Shown here: piece after piece, positions 36,911 to 50,800 of the stretch
Position numbering within the stretch: position 1 is the first letter of the stretch
Layout: each line of letters starts with the position of its first letter
Assembly (NCBI RefSeq): GCF_018977255.1
Contig: NW_024704747.1
Location: 186,001-250,000 of the forward strand
Origin: Callorhinchus milii
Lineage: Eukaryota
Direction of reading: 5' to 3'
Length of the DNA: 64,000 nt
Made by a program: the position numbers and the translations under genes
The notes under the pieces: model-generated
What the model saw: only the letters and a program-made list of their open reading frames with translations
Database searches by the model: none
What the model was told of the DNA's origin: nothing

Positions 36911-37362
36911 ACTAACAATAAATAGTGATCTCGAATGAACTCTTGCTGCCCCAGTCCTGAGGTTCAGCACACGACATCAGGTACAGAGATCTCAAGAAAT
37001 GGCTGAAGATGGTCCAAAGGTATTGACTGCCGCTCCCTCTCCATTAACATCCAGACACCAATAACTCTGTCTTACTGGCTCTGAGTCCCCAAGATCAATG
37101 AATCTCCTTTGCTTTTCCACCTGAAGCCCCTTGTCCCTTACTAATCTCCTTCTTCCCATCACTCTGCTCCCAGCACCTTACTAATCTCTTACCCCACCCA
37201 GTTACTCACTCCTTGTCTCTGCTCGGGAGCCTGTGTTCAAATGTTAAATGTACAAAATTTACAATAGCCCAAAGGGGTTTTCATTTACTATCATTAAAGT
37301 TGAAATAAAATGAACGTGATCATTTTACTCAGTGCAGTACACCCCACACAGTGTGACAAACA

Positions 37363-39186
37363 GAGTAAAGCTCCCTCTACACTGTGTGTCCACACTCCCA
37401 GGTCAGGGTTAGAGACACAGTAACACCCTCTACACTGTGCGCCCACACTCCCAGGTCAGGGTTAGAGACACAGTAAAGCTCCCTCTACACTGTGTGTCCA
37501 CACTCCCAGGTCAGGGTTAGAGACACAGTAACGCTCCTCTACACTGTGTGTCCACACTCCCAGGTCAGGGTTAGAGACACAGTAAAGCTCCTCTACACTG
37601 TGCGTCCACACTCCCAGGTCAGGGTTAGAGACACAGTAACGCTCCCTCTACACTGTGTGTCCACACTCCCAGGTCAGGGTTAGAGACACAGTAACGCTCC
37701 TCTACACTGTGTGTCCACACTCCCAGGTCAGGGTTAGAGACACAGTAAAGCTCCTCTACACTGTGTGTCCACACTCCCAGGTCAGGGTTAGAGACACAGT
37801 AAAGCTCCTCTACACTGTGTGTCCACACTCCCAGGTCAGGGTTAGAGACACAGTAAAGCTCCTCTACACTGTGTGTCCACACTCCCAGGTCAGGGTTAGA
37901 GACACAGTAACGCTCCTCTACACTGTGTGTCCACACTCCCAGGTCAGGGTTAGAGACACAGTAAAGCTCCTCTACACTGTGCGTCCACACTCCCAGGTCA
38001 GGGTTAGAGACACAGTAAAGCTCCTCTACACTGTGTGTCCACACTCCCAGGTCAGGGTTAGAGACACAGTAAAGCTCCTCTACACTGTGTGTCCACACTC
38101 CCAGGTCAGGGTTAGAGACACAGTAAAGCTCCTCTACACTGTGTGTCCACACTCCCAGGTCAGGGTTAGAGACACAGTAAAGCTCCTCTACACTGTGTGT
38201 CCACACTCCCAGGTCAGGGTTAGAGACACAGTAAAGCTCCTCTACACTGTGTGTCCACACTCCCAGGTCAGGGTTAGAGACACAGTAAAGCTCCTCTACA
38301 CTGTGTGTCCACACTCCCAGGTCAGGGTTAGAGACACAGTAACGCTCCTCTACACTGTGTGTCCACACTCCCAGGTCAGGGTTAGAGACACAGTAAAGCT
38401 CCTCTACACTGTGTGTCCACACTCCCAGGTCAGGGTTAGAGACACAGTAAAGCTCCTCTACACTGTGTGTCCACACTCCCAGGTCAGGGTTAGAGACACA
38501 GTAAAGCTCCTCTACACTGTGTGTCCACACTCCCAGGTCAGGGTTAGAGACACAGTAAAGCTCCTCTACACTGTGTGTCCACACTCCCAGGTCAGGGTTA
38601 GAGACACAGTAACGCTCCTCTACACTGTGTGTCCACACTCCCAGGTCAGGGTTAGAGACACAGTAAAGCTCCTCTACACTGTGTGTCCACACTCCCAGGT
38701 CAGGGTTAGAGACACAGTAACGCCCTCTACACTGTGTGTCCACACTCCCAGGTCAGGGTTAGAGACACAGTAAAGCTCCTCTACACTGTGTGTCCACACT
38801 CCCAGGTCAGGGTTAGAGACACAGTAACGCCCTCTACACTGTGTGTCCACACTCCCAGGTCAGGGTTAGAGACACAGTAAAGCTCCTCTACACTGTGTGT
38901 CCACACTCCCAGGTCAGGGTTAGAGACACAGTAAAGCTCCTCTACACTGTGTGTCCACACTCCCAGGTCAGGGTTAGAGACACAGTAACGCCCTCTACAC
39001 TGTGTGTCCACACTCCCAGGTCAGGGTTAGAGACACAGTAAAGCTCCTCTACACTGTGTGTCCACACTCCCAGGTCAGGGTTAGAGACACAGTAAAGCTC
39101 CTCTACACTGTGTGTCCACACTCCCAGGTCAGGGTTAGAGACACAGTAAAGCTCCTCTACACTGTGTGTCCACACTCCCAGGTCAG
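37363..39186 (-). repeat. Minisatellite, 54-bp unit, about 34 copies; same family as 1128-1895 in the opposite orientation
   Basis: Unit TAGAGACACAGTAAAGCTCCTCTACACTGTGTGTCCACACTCCCAGGTCAGGGT. Dispersed short copies at about 10100, 16420, 17420-17580, 18030-18160 and 56735-56840. Confidence 0.97.
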
Positions 39187-41290
39187 CGACAGACCAGGTT
39201 TGCTTTCCTCTGCTTTTCCTTCCATATTCCTCTGACCTTGGGAGAGAGGGGTAGCCATTGTGCATGTATTTCCCCCATTCCTTGCTCCACCCCACTTCCC
39301 TCATCAATGAGACACGGAGACATGATGGTAACACAGATTTATTACTCAGCTCCTGGCGCTGGTGACCTCGGTGTTTGGCAAAGGAACATGTCTTGTCGGT
39401 AAAAGCCAGAAAATGGCACTTGTGGCACTGAGGCGTGTAAGTGCCGACACTCGCTTCCAAACGGACGGAAAGAACCATAAAATTTGCACGAGAAAAGCCT
39501 CACAATTATTTACAGCAAATCAGACCATCTCCACCAACCATCTCACTCTTAATTACATTAACAGAACCATTTCACCAAGTCGGAGATATTCACAAAACTA
39601 ATAGCCATCCTCTGATTAATCATAAATATAAAACTCTTCCTATCTTACACTCACACACACACACACAGCGACAGCGACAGCTGCCTCTGAGCAAAGTACA
39701 AACAGCCAACCATTGGCTTCAAGTGGAGTTTTTCGGAACTTTCTGTCCCACGTCAAAACATTAAATAACGAGGTTTCTCCATAAATTCTTTGTTTTTATA
39801 AAATGTTTCGATGATGTCAAGAAAATCTCACCAGAGAAACAGCAACGAGCAAAACTGGTGCTGCCCCCCCCCCAGCACATTGTAACACTGCCCCTTGTGA
39901 AGGCGATACCTATATAAAATTGTTAAGTTGTTGTGCAGGGAACAGCTGGCAGGGAATTTAAGGCAATTGTTCAAATCCTGGGGGTTGTGGGGAAGTGGGC
40001 AATGGTCAGGTGATTCAACTGTGAGGTGATTGAAGTTTATTTGGGGTTGGGGGGACAGGGGCAGGGAGTCAGGTCCATGACCAGCTTGTGTTCCATATCC
40101 CAGCCTTTGACATACTCAGGTCAATGGTTACTCCCTCTCCCATTGAGGGAAACCTAGAGATTAAATAAGCACCTCTCTGTCCTCAACCTGGCAGGGGCCG
40201 AGACTTCCCCCCCCCCCACCTCCACCGCACACACACAGCACCATCATCACACAACAATATACATTGCAGTCGGCAACACGACAATACAGATGGCAGCCGC
40301 ACACTATCACCTGTGTCAGGGCCATTGAGACCCTGTGAGAGGAAACCTCACCCCACACTGGCAGGTACCAATCCAGGTAGGAATCCGCTTGTTAGGCAAT
40401 TAGCAGATCATTTTCCGGGGATAATAATCCCTCCCAAATAAAGAATAATTGGGTCACTCAATCTACGACTGTTTGTGACACCGCTGTGCGTAATTGGCTG
40501 TCGTGTTTCGCCCACAAAATTCAGTCAATTCACTTTACGGTATATTATGTGAAGTGCTTTGAGACGTCTCAACGACGTGATAAGGCGCTGTATCAAATGT
40601 ACGTATTATTATAATCCAAGCCAACATGTGGCCTTTGTAAACATGGAACAGACTGGACGTCAGATAAACTCTCCCACCCCCATCAAATCCCTGCACAGAC
40701 CAAACCAATCCCAATCACCTGACAGATTGTACCAGCAAATTATTTTCTGACATTTTCTGAACCCAGACGCTAAATCCCTTGTTTCCCCCCCAACCCCCGC
40801 GCACTTCCCCATTCACCCTTTAGAATCGATTTCCTCCCACCCACCATTCGTTTCTCCTCAATACTCTCACCTTCTCCAAGTTCAACATTTAATGAGTCTC
40901 TGTTCCTCTCACAAGCTTCTGTTATGCTCTTCACATGGCCCCGCACTCTCTGTTAGGAGCTCGTTCATTTACAGGGTGAAAAGCTGGGGTCCACTCCCTG
41001 GGGGACGTCACTTGTCGTTCTGCCAATCAGGGACGTTCCTTTTGTAGATCAAACTTTGCCTCCCTCCTGCCAGCCAACACCATCCTGTGTGTGTGTGTGT
41101 GTCACTGGATTGAGTCTGTGTGCCAGTGAGCTCCCTTATGGTACTTTATCGCTGGGTGTGACTTCTGTAATTCACATCCATCCTCCATCAGATCAATGGC
41201 TTGGGGTGGCTCCAACGTGATATTCACTACACTCGGTGTCCAGATGGGTGGGAGGAAGGGGGGGAGGGAGGGAGGAGTGAGGGAGTGAAG

Positions 41291-41296
41291 TTTATT
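41291..41296 (-). terminator. Candidate SLC4A3 polyadenylation signal
   Basis: TTTATT on the plus strand about 600 nt past the stop; a distal candidate lies at 39338-39343. Confidence 0.4.
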
Positions 41297-41888
41297 GATC
41301 CCCAACCCCAGTGAAGGCAAACACTCAGACACTGCCAGCATGAAGATGCTCCATAAATACAAGTTGTTGTTGTCGGAGCCTACCCCAGTCACACCCTGGT
41401 TTAGCCCCAAGGCCAGAGTGAACACTAACATCCTCACTGACAGACTGACACAGCCCCACCTATCCTGCAACACTGAAACACCAGCATCGTCAGCTCCTCA
41501 GTCAGCCCCCCACAATCTCACTGACCCCTCCCCAGCGAGTGGCAGTGACTCTGATTCTGTGTGTGGGGGATCTCACTCCTCTCTCCCCCTCCCCCCCGCT
41601 GTGAGGCAGTCTCACTCCCCAGAGCTGTCTTGTTGAGGGCAGGTCAGTCGCAAACGTGTGCGGTGGGGGGGATCTCAGTTACAGGCTAACATGCAGCGGA
41701 GAGAGGGAGAGGAGATGTGTGGGGGAGGAGATGTGCGGGGGAGGGGGTTTAGCCACGCAATCAGACAGTTCACAGTTGTGGGGTAGACATAGCCAGATGT
41801 GGGGGTTCTCTGTCACAGATGTGGGGGGGAGGGTCTCAGTGTGGGTGGGATGGGGGGAAGGGATTGCTCCTGCGACCCCTGCCCTGGG

Positions 41889-44800
41889 TTAGACTGGCAT
41901 GTGCATCTCATTGTACTCATCATGTCCATCTTCATCAAAGTTGGGCCCCAAATCGTCCGAGTCCAGCTGAGGAGAGGAAGAGGGGAACTTTAACCGGATG
42001 GAACGGAACCACATATCTGTGCACAGCTTAAAATGTTCCCCCTCCCCCACCCACACTCTGGGAATGTTGGGATGGGGGGGGGAGGGTAAATGCTGGAATC
42101 TAACCAGCTAAAACCACACAGCTTTCCATTGATATCGCTGTCTGGCAAGCTTTCCCACTGCTTGTCCAGCGAGGACCACCCTCCCCATTAGGGCTTTGGC
42201 TGTAGGGTTACCAGGGGCTGAGGGGGAGGATTCCCGGCCCCCAGTGACCAGTCAGCCCTTCCAGGTCCTGCTGATGAGCCGGGCCGGGCTGTGCTGCCAT
42301 CAGCAGTGAGTGCCCTGAGATACTGCAGCCCCTCCTGGCTCAGGAACCGGGACTAGAGAACGTCACAGAAGGTGGGGGCTCGATTCCCACGTTCCGTTGC
42401 CAAACATGTCACAGACCTCATGTCCACCCCCACCCCCAACTCACCGCCTTCAGCTCCCGGTCCTGGAATATGCGTGTCAGCAGGAAGTGGCGGAGCGGAA
42501 CAGTGAGGATGAGGATGAAGGGGAAGGCGAGTGAGGCCACAGTGGACTTCACTACCCACAGCACCACGATACACGCCAACTGGATCCCAGTGAACAGATT
42601 CATCCTCCAGGTCTTCACCTGAGCCAGAAACAGGACAGGTTGAGAGGGGGGAGGGGCAACGAGGGCCAGGCAAGGGGGGGCAGCAAGGGGACAGAGCGGA
42701 GAGCCGAGGTGGCAGAGCGCCTGGGGGGAGGGGCATCGAGGAGAAAGGGGTGATAAGGGGGCCGAGGGGGAGAGGTGACAAGCGAGCGAAGTCACCCAGG
42801 AGGGGGGCACCGAGGGGAAGGTACCTGTGTTATCGTGGCCACTGGCACTGACCTTGGTGACGAAGGTGTGGTCAGGGTGGTGTTTGGTCGGGGTGAACAT
42901 CAGTAACGTGCGCTCGTACAGCTGGATGCCGGTTAGAGATGTGACACCCATATACAGGAATATACCAAACAGCACGGACAGGGGGATCAGCCGCAGTATC
43001 TCCCCCATCACAATGGACAGACCTGTAAACACAGCCCAGTGTCAGGTACACAGCAACACTCCCTGTATACTGTCCTCCACATTCCCGGCTCCCTCTACAC
43101 TGTCCTCCACACTCCCGGCTCCCTCTACACTGTCCTCCACACTCCCGGCTCCCTCTACACTGTCCTCCACACTCCCGGCTCCCTCTACACTGTCCTCCAC
43201 ACTCCCGGCTCCCTCTACACTGTCCTCCACACTCCCGGCTCCCTCTACACTGTCCTCCACACTCCCGGCTCCCTCTACACTGTCCTCCACACTCCCGGCT
43301 CCCTCTACACTGTCCTCCACACTCCCGGCTCCCTCTACACTGTCCTCCACACTCCCGGCTCCCTCTACACTGTCCTCCACATGCCCAGGTCAGGGTTAGA
43401 AACACAGTAAATTTGAGGGAATGGAGTGAGAGAGGGGGAGGTTGATGGGGGTAGGGAAGGGGTGATGGTGGCAGTGGGGTAGAGATAATGGGGGTGATGA
43501 GGAAGAGGGGGGAGTGAGAGCGAGGGAGAGTAAGGGGGTGACGGAGTTGGAGTGAGAGGGATGGGGAGGTGGGTGGAAGGAGGGGTTGATAGAGGGGGAT
43601 GAGGAGTGACAGGGGAAGGGAAGAGAGGGAGGAGGGAATTCCGGGGGGGGGGGGGCAGTGGTTACGGTGGGGGAATGACCCACCCACGAGGCCAGCGACC
43701 AGGATGCCAGTGATGCGCTGCTCCTTGACGTCCTCGATCCTGGGTTTCTCCCCCGGAGCCACGGCTTTGCTCATTACGGTCAGTGCGTTGACATGTGTGA
43801 CTGAGCGCACGGTGGCTGCTGTCAGCCAGGGCAGCCCGAACAGGGCACACAGACCCCCCATCACCCCGATCAGCAACAGGTCCAGGTGGAACCCAGACCC
43901 TCTCTCCAGCTTCCTCTCCTTCTTACTGACGATCAGCCTGAAGACAGAGAGTGAGCGAATGACCACAGTCAGTGTGGGGTGTGAGACTGCCCCCATCAAC
44001 ATTGCCCTTTCAATCATCTTCCCCCACCCTCAGCTCTTCCCCCCCACTCACCCCCCCCCCCCCCACCCTAGTGGGCAGCCCTTGACCCTGGCGGTGCTGT
44101 GGGCAAGGGGGGATCAGGGGGTAAGGCCAGGCTGTGGTGACTCACGTGGTGATGTTGGTCTCCATGAAGATGAGGATGAAGACGAGGAGGGCAGGAATGG
44201 CGGAGGCAAACATCATCCACATGGGGAAGCTGTGGTCTGTCCCCAGGGGGTGGATAAACCAATCCCGCTTGTCAGGAGATGTGACCGAGAAACCGTTAGG
44301 AACATTTAGTTTCTGAGGGGTGAAAAGGCAGAGGTTAAAAGTTACCGAACGAGTAGGGTGGTCCTAGCTAGACAAGCAGCAGGAAAGTTTGCCACACATA
44401 GCTCTCAATGGCAAGCTATGTAGTTTTAGCTGATTAGACTCCAGCAGTTACCCCAACTCATACTCGAGGGTTCTCAAATGATTTCGCCCACAAAATATAC
44501 AGTCAATTCACTTTACAGTATATTCTGTGAAGGATTATCCTGTGAAGCGCTTTGAGATGTGTCGACGACGTGATAAGGCTCTGCATCAAATGCAAGGATT
44601 ATTATTATATTATTGCCAGCCTGTATCTGATACTCCCCAGAATCAGATAAGTAGGAAGCAGCCCTCTGGGGAGAGTATATTGTATTCCAGACACAGGGGA
44701 CTTGTGTCAGTGGGACACAAGGAACTCTCAAGTCTGTTTCAGATTGTGTTAAGCATGGTGATGGGTTACCGCGCTCAATAATTAAGCGTGTAGGAAGATG

Positions 44801-47800
44801 GAGGTGAGTGAGTGAGAGACGGACAGAGGGAGGAAGGATTTCTGCAGAGCGTAAGGGTTGAGAGCTTGGGAAGAGGAGTAACTACAGAGGAACATTGTGA
44901 CTGACAGTGGGAGGGTGTGTTGGTGGGAGGCAGTACCTGTGTGTAGGTGTCGGTGATGGCGTAGTCCAACAGCACCATGACGAGGATGGCGATGGGAATT
45001 CCAAAGTCTCCGATTATCCTCCGGGCCTGGAGAGACACAGCAATCTCAGTCACTACACCCTCCCTGACCGCAGTGGGGAGTGGGAACTCTGTGTGTGCGT
45101 TATTGGGGGGGGGGGAGAGGGGAGAGAGGAGCCATGTGCGGGGGAATGAGCAGCGCTCCCTCCATTCCCCAGTATTGATCGTTTCTGATCATTAATGGTT
45201 ATTGACAGCTCAGTTCCGGCCTCCTGGGGGGGTGTCCATCACATTACATCACTATCAGCCACACCCTGCTAGGCCCCGCCTCCCACCAACTGACTACACC
45301 CCCTAGTGCCGCCCTGTCAGGCCGCGCCTCCTTGACCCACCCTGCTAATTGTCCCCGCCCACCCTGCCAACTGGTGTTGACTCCCCACCTTGACCCCACC
45401 TCCCCAATCCTGGCCCCACCTTTGCCCCTGGCGCCCTCCCACAACTTCTTCTACCTTGAAACCTGTCTCAGTGAGGAGAGTTTGGGGGGGGGGGGCGGTG
45501 TGAGGCTGAAGACACGGGCTTGTGGACACTCACCTTGCCCCCCAGGAAGCGACTGTTACGCAGTTTCCTCATGAAAAAAGCCACAAAGAAAGTCCCGCAC
45601 ATCATGAGGAGGGAGAGCAGGGCCGTGTTGGGCTGCATGCCCACCCCGGGGGTCTCCGGGCTGCTCACCGGCTCAGAGTGGTTCATGCTGTGACCCGGGG
45701 TGACGGCGGGATAGGTCTTCAGCAGAGGGTGTTCAGCAAACACCTGGGGGGGAGAGAGAGAGAGAGCAGCCAAGTCAGCCCCCACTCACCGTCTTAGGAG
45801 AGCCCTCCCCAACCCAGGTCAACGCCCAGTGCCCCGAACCCCAGTCAGTCCACCCCACCTCCGCCGCTGCAAGAGGTTAGGGAGGGGGAGGGGAGATGGA
45901 GGGAGGGGGAGGGGAGATGGAGGGGCGAGGAGGTGGAGGGAGGGGAGGGGGAGGGGAGATGGAGGGAGGGGAGGAGAAAGGGAGGGAGAGAGGGAGGCTC
46001 TCACCTTGTAGAGCTTATAGAAGGTCTCGTAGATGAAGATGATGGAGATGAGGAAGGCGAAGATCTCCTGGGTGAAGGGGGTGATGTAACGCACAAGGAA
46101 ACTGCCCTCAAAGGCCACGGTGATTACCACAATCACCATCAGCCACAGCCCGATCCACACCCGGCCTGTCAGGTACTCCATCCGCTGCGCCTGGCAGAAC
46201 TGTGGGCAAGAGGGACTAAGCTGTACTCACACCATCGAGACTCTGTCCTACTGTCCCCGACTCCCCAACATCACCTGCGCCCCCCACTCCCCACCCCCAA
46301 CCTCACCCCATCCCCGCCTGGCCCCCGTATCTGGCCCCTGCCCAGCCCCATCTTCACCCCAATCTTAGTTACTGTCCTAATCACACCAGGAGCTCGCTCA
46401 CTGTGTCTCTCTCACTGTGTGGCAGGACTTGTACCTTGTAAAACGCCTCCTCGAACACGAGCAGGGGACCTGAGAAACCGATCACCAGGAGCGGCTGAGC
46501 TCCCAACAGGCAGAAGATGATCCCAAGCACCGAGGTAGAGATGATTAACTCGGACACGCCAATCAGCCCCTCCGTCTTCTCCCCTGTAAACAAAGCATGG
46601 ACATGGGTCAGCAGGGAGATCAGAGGTCAGTCAGTAACCCACCCTCACAACAACACTACACTTACACAGCGCCTTGTACATCAGGAGGACATCCCAAGCC
46701 GCTGGATAATCAAGGATTTGGACCTGAGCTGAGGGTTGGGATCAGGAGGGATGGAGGGCAGGGAGGGTGGGGGTAGGAAGGTGACCGAAGGTGCGGTCAA
46801 AGAGGAGAATCTTGAGACAGACCTTGAAGGAGGCAAAGGTTTGAGTCAGCAGAGAGGCTCTGGGTTGGAGTTCCAGAAGGTGGGGGCAGAGAGGCTGAAG
46901 ACCCGACTGCTGTCAGTGGAGCAGGCCAGTGCCCGCTGAGCGGAGGGATTGGACAGGTAGGTGTGGTGTTAGCAGGTCACAGAGGTGCGAGGGCTTTAAA
47001 AGTGAGGACAACGATTTTAAACCCGATTCTCTGGGGGATGGGGAGCCAGTGGAGCCGGGCGAGAATGGGGTTGATTGGCTCACGGAGCCTGGTGCAAGAG
47101 AAGACATTAGCTGCAGAGTTCTGAAGTTGTGAAGGGAAGAGATGGGAAGTCTATAGACAGTCCGGGATCACTCTGCTCCCGGTCTCTGCTCTTTCCTTTG
47201 TGTTTATTATTTCTGCTCAGTGAATGATGGAGCCCTGAGAGAGACTAACCTGCTCTCCTCCATCATCCACAGGTCACAATGACACAGACAGAAGGTTCAG
47301 TACAACAGGAGCCGTACCTAACAACCCTCCGAAGGTGATGGCAGGCGACAGAGCAGCAAAGTAGATAAAAATGACAGCAGCCAGACACTGGGTGTGGAGA
47401 GCATCTCGAATGTCATTCAGGTACTTGGGATATCGTCGCTTGATATCCCTGTAAACTCCCCCAAACGGCATTCCTGTCCTCTCCAGGGGATCATCCTCCA
47501 TCTCCTCCTTCTCCTCACCGGGATCTGGGGAAGAGGTGAGAAATGGAATGTCTAAGGTTTTCCACAGAGTAGTGATTAGAGCAGTCGTCTTGCAAGCAAG
47601 AGGACCCGGGTTTGATTCCCGGGCAGGTCGAAACCTTAGGCAAGTTTCCTTACTCTGTTTATCTAGCAGTAAACCCTGGTCAAAGTGACAAATGGCATTT
47701 TGTCCATCTGTGACCAGAGCTCCCTCAGCCTCTTCGTCCTCTTTGATCTCTCTGCTGCCTTCGACACTGTTGATCATTATCCCCCGCCTCTCCTCTCCTC

Positions 47801-50800
47801 TCACCTCAACATTCACGGCTCTGCCCTTGACGGTTCAGATCATACCTCTCACACTGCCTCCACTTCATCTCCACAAACGGTTTCTCCTCCAGCCCCCGCA
47901 CTGTCTCGTGCGGTGTTCCTCAGGGCTCTGTCCTTGGTCCCATCCTCTTCAATAATACCTGCTTGTTAGTCGATTGGTGGATCACTTTTCAGGTGTAATA
48001 ATCCCTCAAAAAAAATCTGGTCATTCAATTCACGACTGTTCGTGGGACACTGCTGTGTGCAATTGGCTACTGCGATTCGCCCACAAAATATACAGTCACT
48101 ACACTTTGGGCTCAACAAATTGTAGTTACCTAATGCCTTTCACGTCAGAAGGGTGTCCTGAGGTGCTACACAGTTGAGGGTTTGCACCTGAGCAGAAGGT
48201 TGGATTTGAGAGGTGTGGGGGCGAAAAGGGTGGGAATACTGAGGTGGAGTGTCATCCTGACTGTGAGCTCTTGTGCCCAACATGGGCTCGGTCACACATC
48301 CTATTAACACAAAGCTCAGGGCAAACCTCTGTGTCAAGTTGTAAAGGGGGAATATAGTGTGTAACATGGAAAAATAATGCCCAGTGTTGAGATGTCTGAG
48401 CATCATTCAGTACCTTTGAGCAGGGACAAGCTGCCCTCCTTCACTGACTTCCTCTGGTCCCGCTCCTTCCTCTTCCTCAGCATCTCCTTCTGGAACGAGG
48501 CCACGGACTTGAGCAGGTCCTTGCCTTCCACTTCGGATGGTGGGATCACAATGCTGCAGTCCAGGAACTCATTGATGGCATTGAGGAGATCCTGACGGGC
48601 ATCAGCCATGTAGGCAGCTTCATGGAAATGCTGTAACCCAGGAAGCCATGTTATTAGTGCCTCACCGTAGCCTGCTCGACCCTCACCATAGCCTGCTCGA
48701 CCCTCACCGTAGCCTGCTCGACCCTCACCGTAGCCCTGATGTAACTCTGAGCTCAAGTACTCCCAGCCTAAACGGGTCTCTGTGTGAATCACTATGAGTC
48801 AACAAGACCCAGCTCAAGTCAACACAAATCTTTGTGGGTCAATGTGAGTTAATCAAGTGAACGGGCGTCAAAGGACCCTCACAAGGGTTAATAATTGTCA
48901 CCGCAGGTCAACAGAGGTCAACAAAGGTCAATGAGCGAAAGTCAATACTGCATTGCAATAAGGTGTGACGCAGATAGGGGTGACGGGAGGGCATCTCCAG
49001 GCAGGGACAGACTTACTTTATCTGACATCAGGGTTGAGATAGAGCGCCCGATCTCGTGGTAGTCCAGGTTGGATTGGATGGGTCCCAGCAAAACAAAGAT
49101 GAACCGGACTGGCACAGGAACCTCCAGCACAGACTCCAGGAAGACGCCCTCACTGAGTCGAACGAAGGCCATGGCAGGCTGCTCCAGGAACTCCACACTG
49201 CCTGGAAGGGAGAAAGTCAGTGAAGAGACACATGGAGCAGGACTGGGCTAAGGCCACAGAGGGTGAAAGCCTCAGTGGGTGGGATCACAAGCGGCCGGTT
49301 GTCACTCACACTCAATATCAGTTCCACCAAAACGTACCCACTAAAACCACGGTGGCCTCTGCGTTTTCCGGAATCTTCTCCAGTAGCTTGAGGTCTGCCC
49401 GGTGGCTCTTTTTATGCCCCTCAGCCGTGTGGCTAGTTATACTTTTCTGAAATAAAGTTTGTGAATCAGTGATGCTGGGGGAGTCCACCCCCCACCCCAA
49501 TTCATACCCACACAGCTCCTCCCACACACACTCAGCCCCCACTCCACCCACACACCACACTGGGGTAATACTCACCCCCATTAGATCGAGATGTCCCACT
49601 TTGGGAACGAGGATTGTCTCCTCAGACAAGCTCCTCTCCTGAAACTCTCTGGACCCCAAATTGTCAAAGGTAATGTGAACCTGAATGCTGTATTCACGAA
49701 CCCCCCCCCCCTTCCCCGAGCAGGTGCAGGTGACGGGAGGGCCTCTCTGGCAGGGCAAGCCCGGTCTGAGACTATTGACCAGAGGCTCAAGTGATTCCAG
49801 TGTCTCCCCTTCCTCTGTGTGAGGGCAGATCTCAGTGTGTGTTTGAGGGCAGATCTCACTCCTTAGGTGGGAAGTGTTGCAATCCCAACCTCAACCAGCA
49901 GAGGGCAGACAGCACAGCTGAAGCCAAGAGCTCAACACGCCCCATGGGTAAGATTTGGGTTATGGTAACAACACAAGTCAAACTCAACAGGAGATAAACT
50001 CCAGCTTTGCTTTAGCTCCAGGAGTAACTGATGTGAACAGAAACTACACTTGATCTTAGCCAGAAGGCCGAGTGTGACTGCTCGCTGAGAGCGACTGCTC
50101 GCTGAGAGCCTGTCTGGAGCTATCCCTGAGGAAGGTTCTTCTCCTACAGCCTGACTCACCTCTTTGTCTAACTCAGATGCCTTGTCCTGTAGCTCGATGG
50201 GCTCCTCCCCCATGAGCGGCACGGTGACACAGGCCTCGTGCCGGTGCCGCTGTGGGTGGTGGTGATTGGCTGACAGGGAGGTCATGCTGGAGGTGGAGTG
50301 GTTCCGCGGAAAGAAGGTTCCCTCCTTCTCATCATTGGGGTGACTGCAGGGCGGACACAAACCTCAGCTCACACACCGCAGCTCTTCCCACTGTCCCCAC
50401 AGCTCCTCCCCGCCAGGCATCTCCTCCCGCTCCCCCTTCCTGCAAGCCCCCATTCACAGCCAGCTCCTCCCCCTGCCCGGGTACCAGTGTTTGAGCTCCT
50501 CCCCCTGCCCGGGTACCAGTGTTTGAGCTCCTCCCCCTGCCCGGGTACCAGTGTTTGAGCTCCTCCCCCTGCCTGGGTACCTCTGTTTGACCCCTCCCCC
50601 TGCCTGGGTACCTGTGTTTGAGCCCCTCCCACTGCCCGGGTACCTGTGTTTGAGCCCCTCCCCCTGCCTGGGTACCTGTGTTTGAGCCCCTCCCCCTGCC
50701 TGGGTACCTGTGTTTAAGCAGTAAGGCTCTCAGCACATTGGCTCTGTCTTCGGCTTTGATCTGATCCGAGGTGATCATGGTCTCCACCACGAGGTGAGCG

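Noticed and set aside
37363-39186. CRISPR-like array or 372-aa repeat proteins
   Set aside because: Units are contiguous with no unique spacers, there are no cas genes, and the context is eukaryotic. The ORFs arise because the 54-bp unit is a multiple of three.
42265-42310. Hammerhead ribozyme or C/D snoRNA suggested by CTGATGAG
   Set aside because: No GAAA follows the stem, and the motif simply pairs with a nearby CATCAGCAG within an interspersed repeat.
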